The notes beneath the pieces are model-generated. The model was not told the origin of the DNA, searched no databases, and saw only the letters and a program-made list of their open reading frames with translations. From an uncultured Nitrospiraceae bacterium (GTDB taxonomy: Bacteria > Nitrospirota > Thermodesulfovibrionia > Thermodesulfovibrionales > SM23-35), in the NCBI GenBank assembly GCA_963727775.1, contig CAVSHB010000003.1:256001-320000 (forward strand): a stretch of 64,000 nt of DNA, in the 5' to 3' direction. Position numbers and translations under genes: made by a program. Positions 49,762-60,717 of the stretch are shown here, piece by piece; within the stretch, counting starts at the first letter, position 1; every line of letters begins with the position of its first letter.

Positions 49762-51696
49762 CTACAACTTTTCAATAGGTATTTCCGCACAGCTGTCCCC
49801 TGTTGAAGTAATCCGCTTGTATTCAAAAAAAGTCTTTAGAACTCTCTTCACATAGTTCCTCGTCTCGCTGTATGGGATGTCCTCAATAAATTCATCAGGA
49901 GATTTGTAATTTCTTTTTTTCAGCCACACTTTCACTATTTCCTCTCCTGCATTATAAGCAGCGACCGCAGAAGTGTAAGAACCGAATTCTTTGACCAAAC
50001 GGCTCAGATAATATGTCCCGACGTGAAGATTGTTTTTGGTATTAAGGATATCATGCGAATTGTCTATCCCCACCTTCAGCTTCGTGTCAAACCGGTAAGC
50101 AGTCTTGGGCATGAGCTGCATAAGCCCGAGTGCTCCTGCAGGAGACCTCGCATCAGAATCAAACCTGCTCTCTTCCCTTACAACCGAGAGCACAAGGAGC
50201 GGATCGATACCATATTTTTTTGCAAGACCTTCAACGGTATCCCTGTAGGCCAAAGGATACAGAAAAGAGTGAAGTTCTTCCTTATAAGGCACCTTCACTG
50301 CCAACTTGACCAGGTTTTTGTAATCTCCAAGTTCCTGTAATTTTGAGCAGATATATAAAATATCTTCTATCGAATCCGTATTTTTTGAAATAAAGATCAT
50401 CTCTGTTAAGGCCTCTTTGGATAACCCAATATCAAGGAGGGCTTCGACACGGTCAATTTTCTTACGGACCGCAGGAACAGCTTTAACAGGCGTTATGCTC
50501 TTGATGAATTTGAAGTCTTCACTGCCGTTGGACTGTTTGGCGAACCTTTTCACCCTCAGATACGATAGTGTGCTGTAAAAATTATGTTCTTTTTCCATGA
50601 TGGCGGTATAGATCTTTACCGGATCATCTCCTGCAGCTTCGAGACTCCGTGCCTTCCAGTAAAGATATTTCGGATCGTTATAAGAATTATGGAGCCTGGC
50701 AAAAACATTCGATGCCTTTTTGTATTCCCCTGTGAGGAAGTATGTCCAGCCGATGCCCCAGAGGGCTTCTTCGCCCTCGGCAGGATAGCGATCCATAATA
50801 TTCTGATACAGACTTACGGCTTCACCGGCATCTCCCTCCCTTCTTCTATCCGAAGCAACAGCGATAAGGAGAGAACCCATCCTTTTGTCCCTGCTTTTTA
50901 AGAGTTCATCAACGGCGGTTATGATCGGCCCCTTATCTCCCGCGCGATACAAAGACCGCAATTCCCAGTATCTCTCATCGGCCTTTCTATAGACTTCCGC
51001 GGCTTCATGGTATTTTTTTTGTCTGAACAGAGAAAGGCCGAGGGTCTGCAAGATTTGCTTTTTCAGGCTTCCGTCATCTTTTGCTCCGGCAGATTTCAGC
51101 GCGGATTCGGCGCTTTTGAAATCCGTTTCTTTAATCAGATTTGCGGCCCTTCTCACTAAATCTTCCGCACTTAAATCAGAGGATTTCAACTCACTCTGTG
51201 TCGCCGCTGAAAATGGTCCGGCCTCTATATAGATATCCTTAAAGATTGATTTTGCTTTATCCGGCTGATCATGGTTCTTGAGCCATCGGGCATATGAATA
51301 CCTTATCTCTGTGTCATCGGGATAATCTTTTATATAGGATCTGTATAACTTTTGAACGGATTGCTCCGAGACTTCTTCGGCTTCGTTAATCTCTCTGATC
51401 CGGGAATTCTTTAACAAAGGGGAACGGGGATATTTTTTGAGGAGTGACCGGACCGCATTGAGAGACTCTTCATGATTTCCATTGTCATGATAAGCATCGG
51501 AAACCCAGAATAAGGCATAATCGCCCAATAGAGGAAATTCTTTTGCCGCTGTACACAGGCTTGCTATGGCAGCTTCATATTTCTTGTGTTCGAGTTCATT
51601 TTTGCCTTTTTTGAGATAAGCCTTGCCGTCCATTTGACTGCTGTATACCGGCAAACATGAAGTTAAAAACAGTATGAGGACTAAAACGCTCTTCAT
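49762..51696 (-). CDS. slt: Soluble lytic transglycosylase (TPR + SLT)
   Basis: VREESRF, GALGLMQLMP, AAYNAG, IPYSETRNYV. Confidence 0.9.
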   Translation of the reverse strand: MKSVLVLILFLTSCLPVYSSQMDGKAYLKKGKNELEHKKYEAAIASLCTAAKEFPLLGDYALFWVSDAYHDNGNHEESLNAVRSLLKKYPRSPLLKNSRIREINEAEEVSEQSVQKLYRSYIKDYPDDTEIRYSYARWLKNHDQPDKAKSIFKDIYIEAGPFSAATQSELKSSDLSAEDLVRRAANLIKETDFKSAESALKSAGAKDDGSLKKQILQTLGLSLFRQKKYHEAAEVYRKADERYWELRSLYRAGDKGPIITAVDELLKSRDKRMGSLLIAVASDRRREGDAGEAVSLYQNIMDRYPAEGEEALWGIGWTYFLTGEYKKASNVFARLHNSYNDPKYLYWKARSLEAAGDDPVKIYTAIMEKEHNFYSTLSYLRVKRFAKQSNGSEDFKFIKSITPVKAVPAVRKKIDRVEALLDIGLSKEALTEMIFISKNTDSIEDILYICSKLQELGDYKNLVKLAVKVPYKEELHSFLYPLAYRDTVEGLAKKYGIDPLLVLSVVREESRFDSDARSPAGALGLMQLMPKTAYRFDTKLKVGIDNSHDILNTKNNLHVGTYYLSRLVKEFGSYTSAVAAYNAGEEIVKVWLKKRNYKSPDEFIEDIPYSETRNYVKRVLKTFFEYKRITSTGDSCAEIPIEKL

Positions 51697-51820
51697 GAAA
51701 TTATCATAGCCAAAATGGTTTTTTTAGGCAATAGAACATGAGTAGAAGAACGTTGGGCCCATAACAATCCGCACAGCAAATTCGATAGAATATTTACCTG
51801 TTCTGTGATATATTTCTTTA

Positions 51821-53653
51821 ATGATTAATGATCTAAGGCTTCATGGGAGCATTGGTCCCGTAGAATACTTTGCCTTTGTCGGCGGGGCAAGTGTCTATAA
51901 TTCCTATTTCTATGATGAAGGTCCGACAGAGATCAGGTTCTTCTCACGGGGCAATGAATTCACAATTACCGAAGAGGGCATCCACTATAAAGGTAACGGC
52001 GGGAGCTTCTGTGAATATATGTTCGGAGTGGAAAAACCTTTCAAGGACCTCATGAAAAGGACCGTTGCCAACAGGCTTATCATGTTCGGAGCGTTTCTCG
52101 ATGAAAATGAAAAGATTGTATTCACGAATGACACTGAAGGGAAGGAGGCTTTTTACCGTCTTTTTCTTCAGGGCCATGCCGTAAAAAATTATTCCTTTTT
52201 TATTTCATCCGATTATTCGGGAGATTATAAGCAAAGACAGAAACAGATACTCGGAGAAGTCGGGAAGTTTCTCAAGAGAACAAATCTTATAGCCGAAAAC
52301 CATGATACGGAACTCCTCAACAGCTTTATTTCCGGGCTTAAAGAACGGGATTCGTTGGTATTCATCTTCAAGCTCATACACAGGGGGAACCAGGAATTTT
52401 ACAAGGCCTTCACAAATTATTACTTCAGAGAAAGATTGCTGTCGGAGGATGAAGAACTTTATATCGAGGACCTTGCATCGAAATGCGACATTGACCGCTA
52501 CCAACAGGAGAGGATGAAGATAGATATAATGTACAGGCATCCCGATAATAAGCATGTTGTTGATGAATACAGGGACATACTCCTCAGCGGAAGCATGAAG
52601 GACGCCCTTCAGCAAACAGAGTTTGCAAGACTCAGGAGATTGCGCACACTCGGGATAAGAAACAATATACCGAGCGTCCTTTTCGATACCCTTGACGACC
52701 TCCTGTTAAAGGGCAGAAAGATACAGGAAATAGAGGAGCCCGAGTATCTCAGGGAGACAAGGGCGATACTTCAGAATTTGTTCTTTAAGGACCCCTCCCT
52801 GAAACGGCACATAATTAATGAAGATATCGTGAGATTGATTAAGGCCAAACAGACGGCGGATTCAAAGGGGGACAAGGGGTTTGAACAGATTCTCCTTGAC
52901 ACAGTGAGGGCGTGCGACGAAATCGTGCGGGAGACGAATGACTTTGACCTTTTTGAAGAGTTCACTTCAATCGTTACATATTTTGACAGATATGACAATG
53001 TCTCGACCCTATTGAGCCAGATCGCTTTTATGGAAAAAGTGGAGTTTACGGAAGATTCTCTGCGAAGCCTGATGGGCAATAAAAAGGAGTTTGACGCACT
53101 GGATGCGAAACTCTTTGACGAGATATTCATAAAGGTACTGCTCAATAATAAATATATTACGAATTACGGCAGGAAAAAGATCAGCGCAATAGCAAAGGGC
53201 ATAAAGAAGGTTTCAGCAGGAGACGCTACCCTTCGTGATGTCGTAGCGGAAATAAATACGATTTCCGTTGAGGGAAGGCTATACAGTCTGGTGCATTCCG
53301 CCCTCAAAGAAAGGATGCGCAGCTTTTTCCCGGGTCTTGACACAAAAAAAGGACGGGACAAAATCCGCGAAGATATAGTAAGAGAAATTGCCGAGAAGGG
53401 TGTTCAGAGGGACGTGCCCAAAAAGCTGTTTGATAAGGTCTTCCTGGACCTTAGAAAAGAATCGTTTTATCTAAACCATCTCTTGCCGCTGGTAATACAA
53501 CAAAAAGATATTACTTTGAGGGAAGACTTTCTTAACAACAGCGGGCTCGACAGATTTTATATAGAGACACTCGAGAAGGAATATTTCGGAAAAAGGGAAC
53601 TTGACCCGACACTCCTCGATTCACTTGTTCTTGGAGGCGGCGAGCGGATTTGA
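51821..53653 (+). CDS. Conserved hypothetical protein, TIGR04442-like
   Basis: 610 aa, N-terminal DLRLHG, GSFCEYMFG, NRLIMFGA (family recalled, not searched). Confidence 0.7.
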   Translation: MINDLRLHGSIGPVEYFAFVGGASVYNSYFYDEGPTEIRFFSRGNEFTITEEGIHYKGNGGSFCEYMFGVEKPFKDLMKRTVANRLIMFGAFLDENEKIVFTNDTEGKEAFYRLFLQGHAVKNYSFFISSDYSGDYKQRQKQILGEVGKFLKRTNLIAENHDTELLNSFISGLKERDSLVFIFKLIHRGNQEFYKAFTNYYFRERLLSEDEELYIEDLASKCDIDRYQQERMKIDIMYRHPDNKHVVDEYRDILLSGSMKDALQQTEFARLRRLRTLGIRNNIPSVLFDTLDDLLLKGRKIQEIEEPEYLRETRAILQNLFFKDPSLKRHIINEDIVRLIKAKQTADSKGDKGFEQILLDTVRACDEIVRETNDFDLFEEFTSIVTYFDRYDNVSTLLSQIAFMEKVEFTEDSLRSLMGNKKEFDALDAKLFDEIFIKVLLNNKYITNYGRKKISAIAKGIKKVSAGDATLRDVVAEINTISVEGRLYSLVHSALKERMRSFFPGLDTKKGRDKIREDIVREIAEKGVQRDVPKKLFDKVFLDLRKESFYLNHLLPLVIQQKDITLREDFLNNSGLDRFYIETLEKEYFGKRELDPTLLDSLVLGGGERI

Positions 53654-53707
53654 ACCGCTGCATAAAGGTTTTGCAGACCTCCCCCTTAGCCACTTGGGTA
53701 CGCCGCC
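53632..53707 (-). tRNA. tRNA-Cys (GCA)
   Basis: GGCGGCGTACCCAAGTGG..CTGCAAA..GGTTCAAATCC..CCA. Confidence 0.95.
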
Positions 53708-53809
53708 TTTGAGACAGTCAACAGTAAATAGCAGGTAGAAAATATAAAAAACCGCATCAGTATTACCTGATTTCAGTCTATTATCTACTATCTACTTTTT
53801 TTAGAAAGA

Positions 53810-53885
53810 TGGAGCGGGAAACGGGATTCGAACCCGCGACCCCAACCTTGGCAAGGTTGTGCTCTACCAACTGAGCTATTCCCGC
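53810..53885 (-). tRNA. tRNA-Gly (GCC)
   Basis: GCGGGAATAGCTCAGTTGG..TTGCCAA..GGTTCGAATCC..CCA. Confidence 0.96.
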
Positions 53886-54036
53886 GTTAGATCAGTTAAG
53901 AGTCAAAAAAAGAAAAGCTAAAAGTTACTAAGGGACTTTCAGCTTATAACTTTTAATCTTAACTTATAATAAAATAATAAGCTATAATGAACGTTATCAA
54001 TAAAAATAGTAATAGAAAGGGTAATTTTTTGTCAAT

Positions 54037-55545
54037 ATGCCGTATCCTGACTTAGAAAGTTTCAAGTTTTTGTCATCAAAGGGAAATCTCATCCCTGTTT
54101 ACAGGGAAATCCTTGCCGATATGGAAACCCCTGTTTCTGCAATGCTAAAGCTTGGAGGGTCGCCTTCTTTTCTGCTTGAGAGTATGATCGGAGGGGAGAA
54201 ATGGGCAAGATACTCGTTCCTCGGTTCGAGGCCGTCAAGGGTCATAAAGGGATATGGCAACAAAATCGAGATAAAGGACAAAGCAGCCGGGTCTCAGATA
54301 ATTAAATCCGATAACCCATTTGAAATCATAAAGAAAGAGGTCACAACATATCATCCTGTTGATGTTCAGGGACTGCCGAGATTTTACGGCGGACTTGTCG
54401 GCTATATCGGCTATGACATGGTAAGGTTTTTTGAAAGCATTCCCGACAGCAGGAAACCGGGACTTCGACTCCCCGATGTCTTTCTCATGGTCACTGATAC
54501 AGTAGTGATATTCGACAACCTCAAAGGAAAGATAAAGGTCGTCTCGAATGCGCATATTAATAATAAATCTCCTGAAGACGCATATAGAGAGGCAGAGGAA
54601 AAAATAGAAAATATTATTGAAAAACTGAAGAAGTCAAAACCCGGCAGGAGAAAACCAGGCGCCCAAAGCCGGGAATCAAAATATGGAGAAAACACCTCTG
54701 AACTCCGCAGATATGAATCGTCTTTCGATACGAGGGGAGCATTTGAAGACGCGGTCCGCAGGAGTAAAGATTACGTCATGGCAGGAGATGTTGTTCAGGT
54801 TGTATTGTCCCAGAGGTTTGATCGTAAAATTGAGATTGACCCGTTCAATATTTACAGGGCATTGCGTGTTATCAACCCTTCGCCGTATATGTATTATATC
54901 GATACAGGGGATGCAAAGCTTGTGGGCTCGTCACCTGAAATATTGGTCAGGCTTGAAGGCAAAAAGATAATCCTGAGGCCTATTGCGGGCACACGAAGAA
55001 GGGGAGAGACGGAAGAAGAAGATAAAGCCCTTGAAGAAGAGCTGAAGAAAGACCCAAAGGAAATAGCGGAACATATTATGCTTGTCGACCTCGGAAGAAA
55101 CGATGTAGGAAGGGTCGCGGAGACAGGTTCCGTAAAGGTTACAGAACTTATGGATGTCGAAAAGTATAGTCATGTGATGCATTTAGTCTCGAATGTCGAA
55201 GGGACTTTGCAGACCGGTCTTGATGCATTTGATGTGTTGGGATCATGTTTTCCGGCCGGCACAGTCACCGGCGCCCCTAAGGTGAGGGCGATGGAGATAA
55301 TAGAGGAGCTTGAGCCGACACGGAGAGGACCGTATGCGGGCGCTGTAGGATATTTCAGTTATTCTGGGAACATGGATACCTGTATTACCATCAGGACGCT
55401 TATAATAAAGGCGGACAAAGCTTATGTCCAGGCAGGCGCCGGGATAGTGGCCGACTCGGTTCCCCAAAAAGAATATGAGGAAACAGTAAATAAGGCGATG
55501 GGCATGATGAAAGCAGTTGATATGGCGGAAAAGGAACTATCTTAA
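54037..55545 (+). CDS. trpE: Anthranilate synthase component I
   Basis: LLES..RYSF, NPSPYMY, GSSPEIL, PIAGT, EHIMLVDLGRND, GAPKVRAM. Confidence 0.95.
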   Translation: MPYPDLESFKFLSSKGNLIPVYREILADMETPVSAMLKLGGSPSFLLESMIGGEKWARYSFLGSRPSRVIKGYGNKIEIKDKAAGSQIIKSDNPFEIIKKEVTTYHPVDVQGLPRFYGGLVGYIGYDMVRFFESIPDSRKPGLRLPDVFLMVTDTVVIFDNLKGKIKVVSNAHINNKSPEDAYREAEEKIENIIEKLKKSKPGRRKPGAQSRESKYGENTSELRRYESSFDTRGAFEDAVRRSKDYVMAGDVVQVVLSQRFDRKIEIDPFNIYRALRVINPSPYMYYIDTGDAKLVGSSPEILVRLEGKKIILRPIAGTRRRGETEEEDKALEEELKKDPKEIAEHIMLVDLGRNDVGRVAETGSVKVTELMDVEKYSHVMHLVSNVEGTLQTGLDAFDVLGSCFPAGTVTGAPKVRAMEIIEELEPTRRGPYAGAVGYFSYSGNMDTCITIRTLIIKADKAYVQAGAGIVADSVPQKEYEETVNKAMGMMKAVDMAEKELS

Positions 55546-55559
55546 GAGGTGAGTTGTAG

Positions 55560-56132
55560 ATGCTTTTAATGATCGACAATTACGATTCCTTTACCTATAA
55601 CCTCGTGCAATATCTCGGCGAGCTTGGCGAGGATATAAAGGTATTCAGGAATAATAAAATTACTGTCCGGGAAATAGAACAAATGGCCCCTGACAGGATA
55701 GTGATCTCTCCGGGCCCTTGCACACCTAAGGAGGCGGGCATTTCGATAGAAACGGTGCGGCATTTTTCCGGCAAGATACCGATTCTCGGGGTATGCCTTG
55801 GTCATCAATCCATAGGCGCGGCCTTTGACGGAGACATTATAAGGGCGCCGAAGCTTATGCATGGCAAGACCTCCTCGGTGCGCCATGACGGGAAAACCAT
55901 ATTTGAGGGGCTTCCCAATCCGTTCGAGGCGACCCGGTATCATTCCCTTTTGATAAAGAAGGAGACCCTTCCCGATTGCCTGGAAATCACTGCATGGACG
56001 GATAACGATGAGATAATGGGCGTAAGGCATAAAGAGTTTGTTATCGAGGGGGTACAATTCCATCCCGAATCAATACTTACTAAAGTCGGCAAAGACCTTC
56101 TGAAAAACTTCCTGAAATTAAGAGTTTCATAA
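55560..56132 (+). CDS. trpG: Anthranilate/aminodeoxychorismate synthase component II
   Basis: [26 protein letters not shown]. Confidence 0.93.
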   Translation: MLLMIDNYDSFTYNLVQYLGELGEDIKVFRNNKITVREIEQMAPDRIVISPGPCTPKEAGISIETVRHFSGKIPILGVCLGHQSIGAAFDGDIIRAPKLMHGKTSSVRHDGKTIFEGLPNPFEATRYHSLLIKKETLPDCLEITAWTDNDEIMGVRHKEFVIEGVQFHPESILTKVGKDLLKNFLKLRVS

Positions 56133-56142
56133 AAATATACCC

Positions 56143-57153
56143 ATGATAAAAGAAGCGATAAACATGCTTGTCGGAAAAATAAACCTTTCAGAGACTGAGA
56201 TGGCTGAGTGCATGAAAGAGATAATGGAAGGGAAGACAACAGATGCCCAGATCGGCGCATTTCTTGCGGCCCTGAGGATAAAGGGCGAGACCGTGGAGGA
56301 GATAACCGGGGCGGCCCGGATTATGAAAGAAAAGGCAACAACCATTAAGGCGCCTGAGGACGTCCTCGATACCTGCGGCACGGGCGGCGATATGGCGCAT
56401 ACGTTCAATATCTCCACAACAACGGCATTTGTGGTTGCAGGCGCCGGTGTTCCTGTTGCAAAACACGGGAACCGTTCTGTTTCGAGCCAGGCAGGCAGCG
56501 CGGATGTGCTTGAAGCCCTCGGGGTAAAAATAGATTTGCATCCCGAAAAGGTCGAAAAGTGTCTTTTTGAAACAGGCTTCGGCTTTCTATTTGCGCCCTT
56601 ATTCCACCCGGCCATGAAATACGCCGTCGGCCCGAGGCGCGAAATGGGGATAAGAACCATATTTAATATCCTCGGACCATTAACAAACCCTGCTGATGCA
56701 AAGAGACAGATACTCGGCGTATTTGCGAACAAACTTACAGAAGCTTTGGCAATGGTCCTCGGCAACCTTGGAGCTATTGACGCGGTGGTTGTTCACGGCG
56801 AGGACGGGCTCGATGAGATAAGCATCTCCGGCAGAACAAAAGTTTCGAGATTTAAAGATGGCAAGGTAGAAAATTTTTATATTAAGCCGGAAGATTTCGG
56901 CATCTGGGAAAGCAAAATCGAACATCTGCGGGGCGGCAATAAAGAAGACAATGCAGCTATCACCCTTTCGATACTGAAAGGCGAAGAAGGGCCGAGGCGG
57001 GAAATAGTCCTGATGAACTCGGCAGTTGCCCTTATGGCCGCAGGAAAGACAGAGGATTTCAAAACCGCGTTCAGCATGGCTGCAGATTCGATAGATTCGG
57101 GAAGGGCATCGAGGAAGCTTGAAGCGCTGAAGCGCGTCAGCAATTCTTTGTAA
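56143..57153 (+). CDS. trpD: Anthranilate phosphoribosyltransferase
   Basis: DTCGTGGD..TFNIST, KHGNRSVSS. Confidence 0.96.
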   Translation: MIKEAINMLVGKINLSETEMAECMKEIMEGKTTDAQIGAFLAALRIKGETVEEITGAARIMKEKATTIKAPEDVLDTCGTGGDMAHTFNISTTTAFVVAGAGVPVAKHGNRSVSSQAGSADVLEALGVKIDLHPEKVEKCLFETGFGFLFAPLFHPAMKYAVGPRREMGIRTIFNILGPLTNPADAKRQILGVFANKLTEALAMVLGNLGAIDAVVVHGEDGLDEISISGRTKVSRFKDGKVENFYIKPEDFGIWESKIEHLRGGNKEDNAAITLSILKGEEGPRREIVLMNSAVALMAAGKTEDFKTAFSMAADSIDSGRASRKLEALKRVSNSL

Positions 57154-57168
57154 ATCAGAGGAGGATTT

Positions 57169-58086
57169 TTGGCGGTTAAGGTAGGAGTTATCGGCGTCGG
57201 ATATTTAGGACAACACCATGCACGGATTTATTCTGAACTTGATGAAGCAGAACTTGTCGGTGTTGTTGACATTGACAAAAAAAAGGCCGATACTTTTGCA
57301 TCAAAGTACGGGTGCGAGTCATTTGCGGACTATAGGGATATTCTCGGCAAAGTTGACGCGCTTAGTATTGTAACACCCACAACGTCACACTATTCTGTTG
57401 CCCTCGCTTGCCTGAAATCGGGAAAAGACATCTTGATAGAGAAGCCGATAACTGTGACCATCGAAGATGCCGATGAACTCATAGCAGCGTCAAAAAATAA
57501 GGATTGTATTATCCAGGTAGGGCATCTCGAACGATTTAACCCCGCTATGCTTGCCGTTTCTGAAATGGTAAAAGAACCTTTATTCATCGAGTCTGAAAGG
57601 CTTTCACCTTTTCTCGGAAGAGGCACCGATGTGGATGTTACGCTTGATCTTATGATCCATGACATAGACATCATATTAAGTCTTACCGGATTGCCGGTGA
57701 AGGAAATTCGTGCAGTCGGAGCAAAGGTCTTAACGGATAAAATTGATGTTGCCAAGGCATGGCTTGAATTCGAAAATGGCTGCTCCGCCCTTGCTACCGT
57801 GAGTCGCCTGTCACCCGAAAAACAGAGGAGGCTTAAGATTTTCCAAAAGGATTCCTATATCTCCGTAGATTATCAGAGTTGCGAGATAAGACGACACATC
57901 AGGGAAGGAGAACGCATATCGTATGATGTCATTAAACCGGAGAATAAAGAACCTCTGAAAGAAGAATTGAAAGATTTCATCAGGTGCATAAAAGGAAGGC
58001 GAAGACCGAAGGTCTCTGCGGACGAAGGCAGGAATGCGCTCAAGGTCGTACTGGAGATATCGAACAGTATAAAAAACGGGCGATAA
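57169..58086 (+). CDS. Gfo/Idh/MocA oxidoreductase, GnnA-like
   Basis: GVGYLGQHHARI, EKPI, VGHLERFNPA, DLMIHDID; near lpxB. Confidence 0.85.
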   Translation: MAVKVGVIGVGYLGQHHARIYSELDEAELVGVVDIDKKKADTFASKYGCESFADYRDILGKVDALSIVTPTTSHYSVALACLKSGKDILIEKPITVTIEDADELIAASKNKDCIIQVGHLERFNPAMLAVSEMVKEPLFIESERLSPFLGRGTDVDVTLDLMIHDIDIILSLTGLPVKEIRAVGAKVLTDKIDVAKAWLEFENGCSALATVSRLSPEKQRRLKIFQKDSYISVDYQSCEIRRHIREGERISYDVIKPENKEPLKEELKDFIRCIKGRRRPKVSADEGRNALKVVLEISNSIKNGR

Positions 58087-58119
58087 ACAACAGAAGATAG
58101 ATATTCTTAGGAGATAAAA

Positions 58120-59211
58120 ATGGTCCCTATGGTTGATTTGAAAAAACAATTTCAGGGAATTAAAGATGAAATATTCGGCGTTCTGGCAGAAATCCTTGAA
58201 AGCAGTCATTATATACTCGGCTCTAAGGTCTCGGAGTTTGAGGAGAAAGTAGCGGATTATCATTACGTAAATAATGCGATAGGCGTCGCATCAGGCACTG
58301 ATGCGCTTCATCTGTCGATTGACGCATTGGACATAGGAGAGGGCGACGAGGTCATCACCTCACCATTTACTTTTTTTGCCACGGTTGAGGCAATTCTGTA
58401 TACAGGCGCTGTGCCGGTATTTGTTGATGTTGAGCCGGACACATTGAATATAGACGTCAAACAGATAGAAGCACATATAACGAAAAAGACAAAGTCAATC
58501 TTGCCCGTACACCTCTTCGGCCATCCTGCGGATATGGAAAAGATTCTGGAGATAGCAAAGAAGTACAGGCTTAAAGTGATAGAGGATTGCGCGCAATCTT
58601 TTGGAGCAGAGCTTAACGGCAGAAAAGCCGGTAGTTTCGGTGATGCCGGGTGCTTCAGTTTCTATCCGAGCAAAAACCTTGGCGGCTACGGTGACGGCGG
58701 TATGATAACCCTTAACAACCCGAAAGTGGCCGAGAAGATCAGGGAGCTGAGAAACCATGGTTCGAGTGGCGCATACAGGCATAAACGGGTCGGCTTTAAC
58801 AGCCGGCTGGACGAGATACAGGCAGGCATCCTGCTTGTAAAGTTTAAGCACATAGACGAATATAACAGTCAAAGAAGACGGAATGCGGCGCGTTACAATG
58901 CACTTCTCTCAGACAAGATAATTTGCCCCACTGAAAAAAAAGGCGCATATCATGTCTATCACCAGTACACAATCATGAGCAGGAAAAGGAATAAGATACA
59001 GCAGAGTCTCAGGGAAAAGGGCATTTCGTCGGTTGTTTATTATCCGGTTCCTCTCCACCTGCAAGGGGCACTGAAATTCTTAGGCTATAAAAAAGGGGAT
59101 TTTCCGGTTGCCGAGAAGGCTGCCAGGGAAGTGCTTTCGCTGCCGATGTATCCTGAGCTTGAAGAGCCGACAATAATAAAGATAGCAAAGATTATTAAGG
59201 GTATTGTTTAA
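58120..59211 (+). CDS. DegT/DnrJ aminotransferase, GnnB-like
   Basis: ASGTDAL, EDCAQS, SFYPSKNLG, NSRLD. Confidence 0.88.
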   Translation: MVPMVDLKKQFQGIKDEIFGVLAEILESSHYILGSKVSEFEEKVADYHYVNNAIGVASGTDALHLSIDALDIGEGDEVITSPFTFFATVEAILYTGAVPVFVDVEPDTLNIDVKQIEAHITKKTKSILPVHLFGHPADMEKILEIAKKYRLKVIEDCAQSFGAELNGRKAGSFGDAGCFSFYPSKNLGGYGDGGMITLNNPKVAEKIRELRNHGSSGAYRHKRVGFNSRLDEIQAGILLVKFKHIDEYNSQRRRNAARYNALLSDKIICPTEKKGAYHVYHQYTIMSRKRNKIQQSLREKGISSVVYYPVPLHLQGALKFLGYKKGDFPVAEKAAREVLSLPMYPELEEPTIIKIAKIIKGIV

Positions 59212-59227
59212 TTTGGAATTCAGAAAA

Positions 59228-59374
59228 GACAGGCATACACGCAGAAAAAACTTCACAATTCGCAATTCGGCATTTAATGAAATCTAATTGCTATTAGTGA
59301 AAAACACAGGTAGTTGATAATCGGATGTCTTACAACGGTAGCGAAGTAAAGTTTTTTCTGCGTATATGCCCGTC
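59228..59374. repeat. 147-bp intergenic element with about 35-bp imperfect terminal inverted repeats
   Basis: GACAGGCATACACGCAGAAAAAACTTCACAATTCGC vs GCGAAGTAAAGTTTTTTCTGCGTATATGCCCGTC. Confidence 0.7.
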
Positions 59375-59494
59375 TCATGACCAAAAAAATGCATTGAACA
59401 ATGTCCGCATTATTTGGGATAAACCGGGAACGGAAATTCACAACATCTGTATTATCGGCATTATACTAATTGTGTTAATCCGATCCCAATTAAA

Positions 59495-60709
59495 ATGATG
59501 AAATCCAGCAAGATAGCTACTATTATGATAGTCTCGGGTGAAAGCTCAGGTGAATTGTATGGTTCGCTTCTTGCAAAAACGCTGAAAATCAAATGGCCTG
59601 ATGTACGCATCATGGGTGTCGGGGGTGACAGGATGCAAATGGCAGGTGTAGAGCTTGTCTCGCGCACATCGGATGCATTTGGCATTGTGGAGGCTGTTTC
59701 GGCGTACAAAAAGATAAAAACCGCATTTGATAAAACAGTTGGAGCTATCAAGAAGTTTATACCGGATGTCCTTGTCCTTATCGATTATCCCGATTTTAAT
59801 CTAAAGGTTGCAGAGGTGGCTAAATCCCTCGGCATAAAAATTTTATATTATGTAAGCCCGCAGGTATGGGCATGGCGCAAAGGCAGGGTTAAGAAGATAG
59901 CGGGTATTGTAGACAGGATGGCTGTTATTCTGCCTTTCGAAGCGGAAATATACAGAAAAGCGGGTGTTTCGTCTGAATTTGTAGGGCATCCTATACTCGA
60001 AGAGATCGAGTCCGTCTTACGCTCAGAAATCGGGAAATTACCCTTTTCCGATCCTGCCCTTACTATAACGCCTGAACTCCGATCTCACTTTAAATCCATT
60101 CTCGGCTTCAATGCAGAGAAACCTTTACTGTCCCTTCTCCCCGGAAGCAGGCCGAGTGAATTGAGCAGGTTATTGCCATTAATGACGACTGTTGTCAGGC
60201 TGTTCAAAAGCAGATTTACAGATTATCAATTTTGCGTCCCGTTGTCCCCGAATACCGACGAAAACAAGTACCGCTCCTCTCTTGAAGCCCTTAGAAAAGA
60301 CGGCGTTTCCATTAAAAAAGGGGAATCCGTAAGGGCATTGGCAGCATCTGATATGGCAGTGGTAGCTTCAGGCACGGCAACCCTCCAGACCGCTTTCCTC
60401 GAAGTTCCGATGGTGGTAGTCTATAAGCTTTCCCCTATAACCTATCTGCTCGGCAGAATGATCCTTGATGTAAAACATATATCATTGGTCAATATCCTTT
60501 CCGGCACAGAGGTCGTAAAAGAGCTGATCCAGGGAAAAGCTGATCCCGAACGGATAATTAAAGAACTGAATAGGATTATGGCTGATACGGAATACCGTGA
60601 AACAATGCTCGCTTATTACAGGTTGATCAAAGAACCTTTCCTGAATAAAAAAGCTTCGGACAGGGTTGCAGAAATAGTAATTGAAATGTCCGGAAATAAA
60701 GAAGAGTAA
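59495..60709 (+). CDS. lpxB: Lipid-A-disaccharide synthase
   Basis: GESSGELYG, IDYPDFN, YYVSPQVWAWR, LLPGSR, SGTATL. Confidence 0.95.
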   Translation: MMKSSKIATIMIVSGESSGELYGSLLAKTLKIKWPDVRIMGVGGDRMQMAGVELVSRTSDAFGIVEAVSAYKKIKTAFDKTVGAIKKFIPDVLVLIDYPDFNLKVAEVAKSLGIKILYYVSPQVWAWRKGRVKKIAGIVDRMAVILPFEAEIYRKAGVSSEFVGHPILEEIESVLRSEIGKLPFSDPALTITPELRSHFKSILGFNAEKPLLSLLPGSRPSELSRLLPLMTTVVRLFKSRFTDYQFCVPLSPNTDENKYRSSLEALRKDGVSIKKGESVRALAASDMAVVASGTATLQTAFLEVPMVVVYKLSPITYLLGRMILDVKHISLVNILSGTEVVKELIQGKADPERIIKELNRIMADTEYRETMLAYYRLIKEPFLNKKASDRVAEIVIEMSGNKEE

Positions 60710-60717
60710 ATTATACA

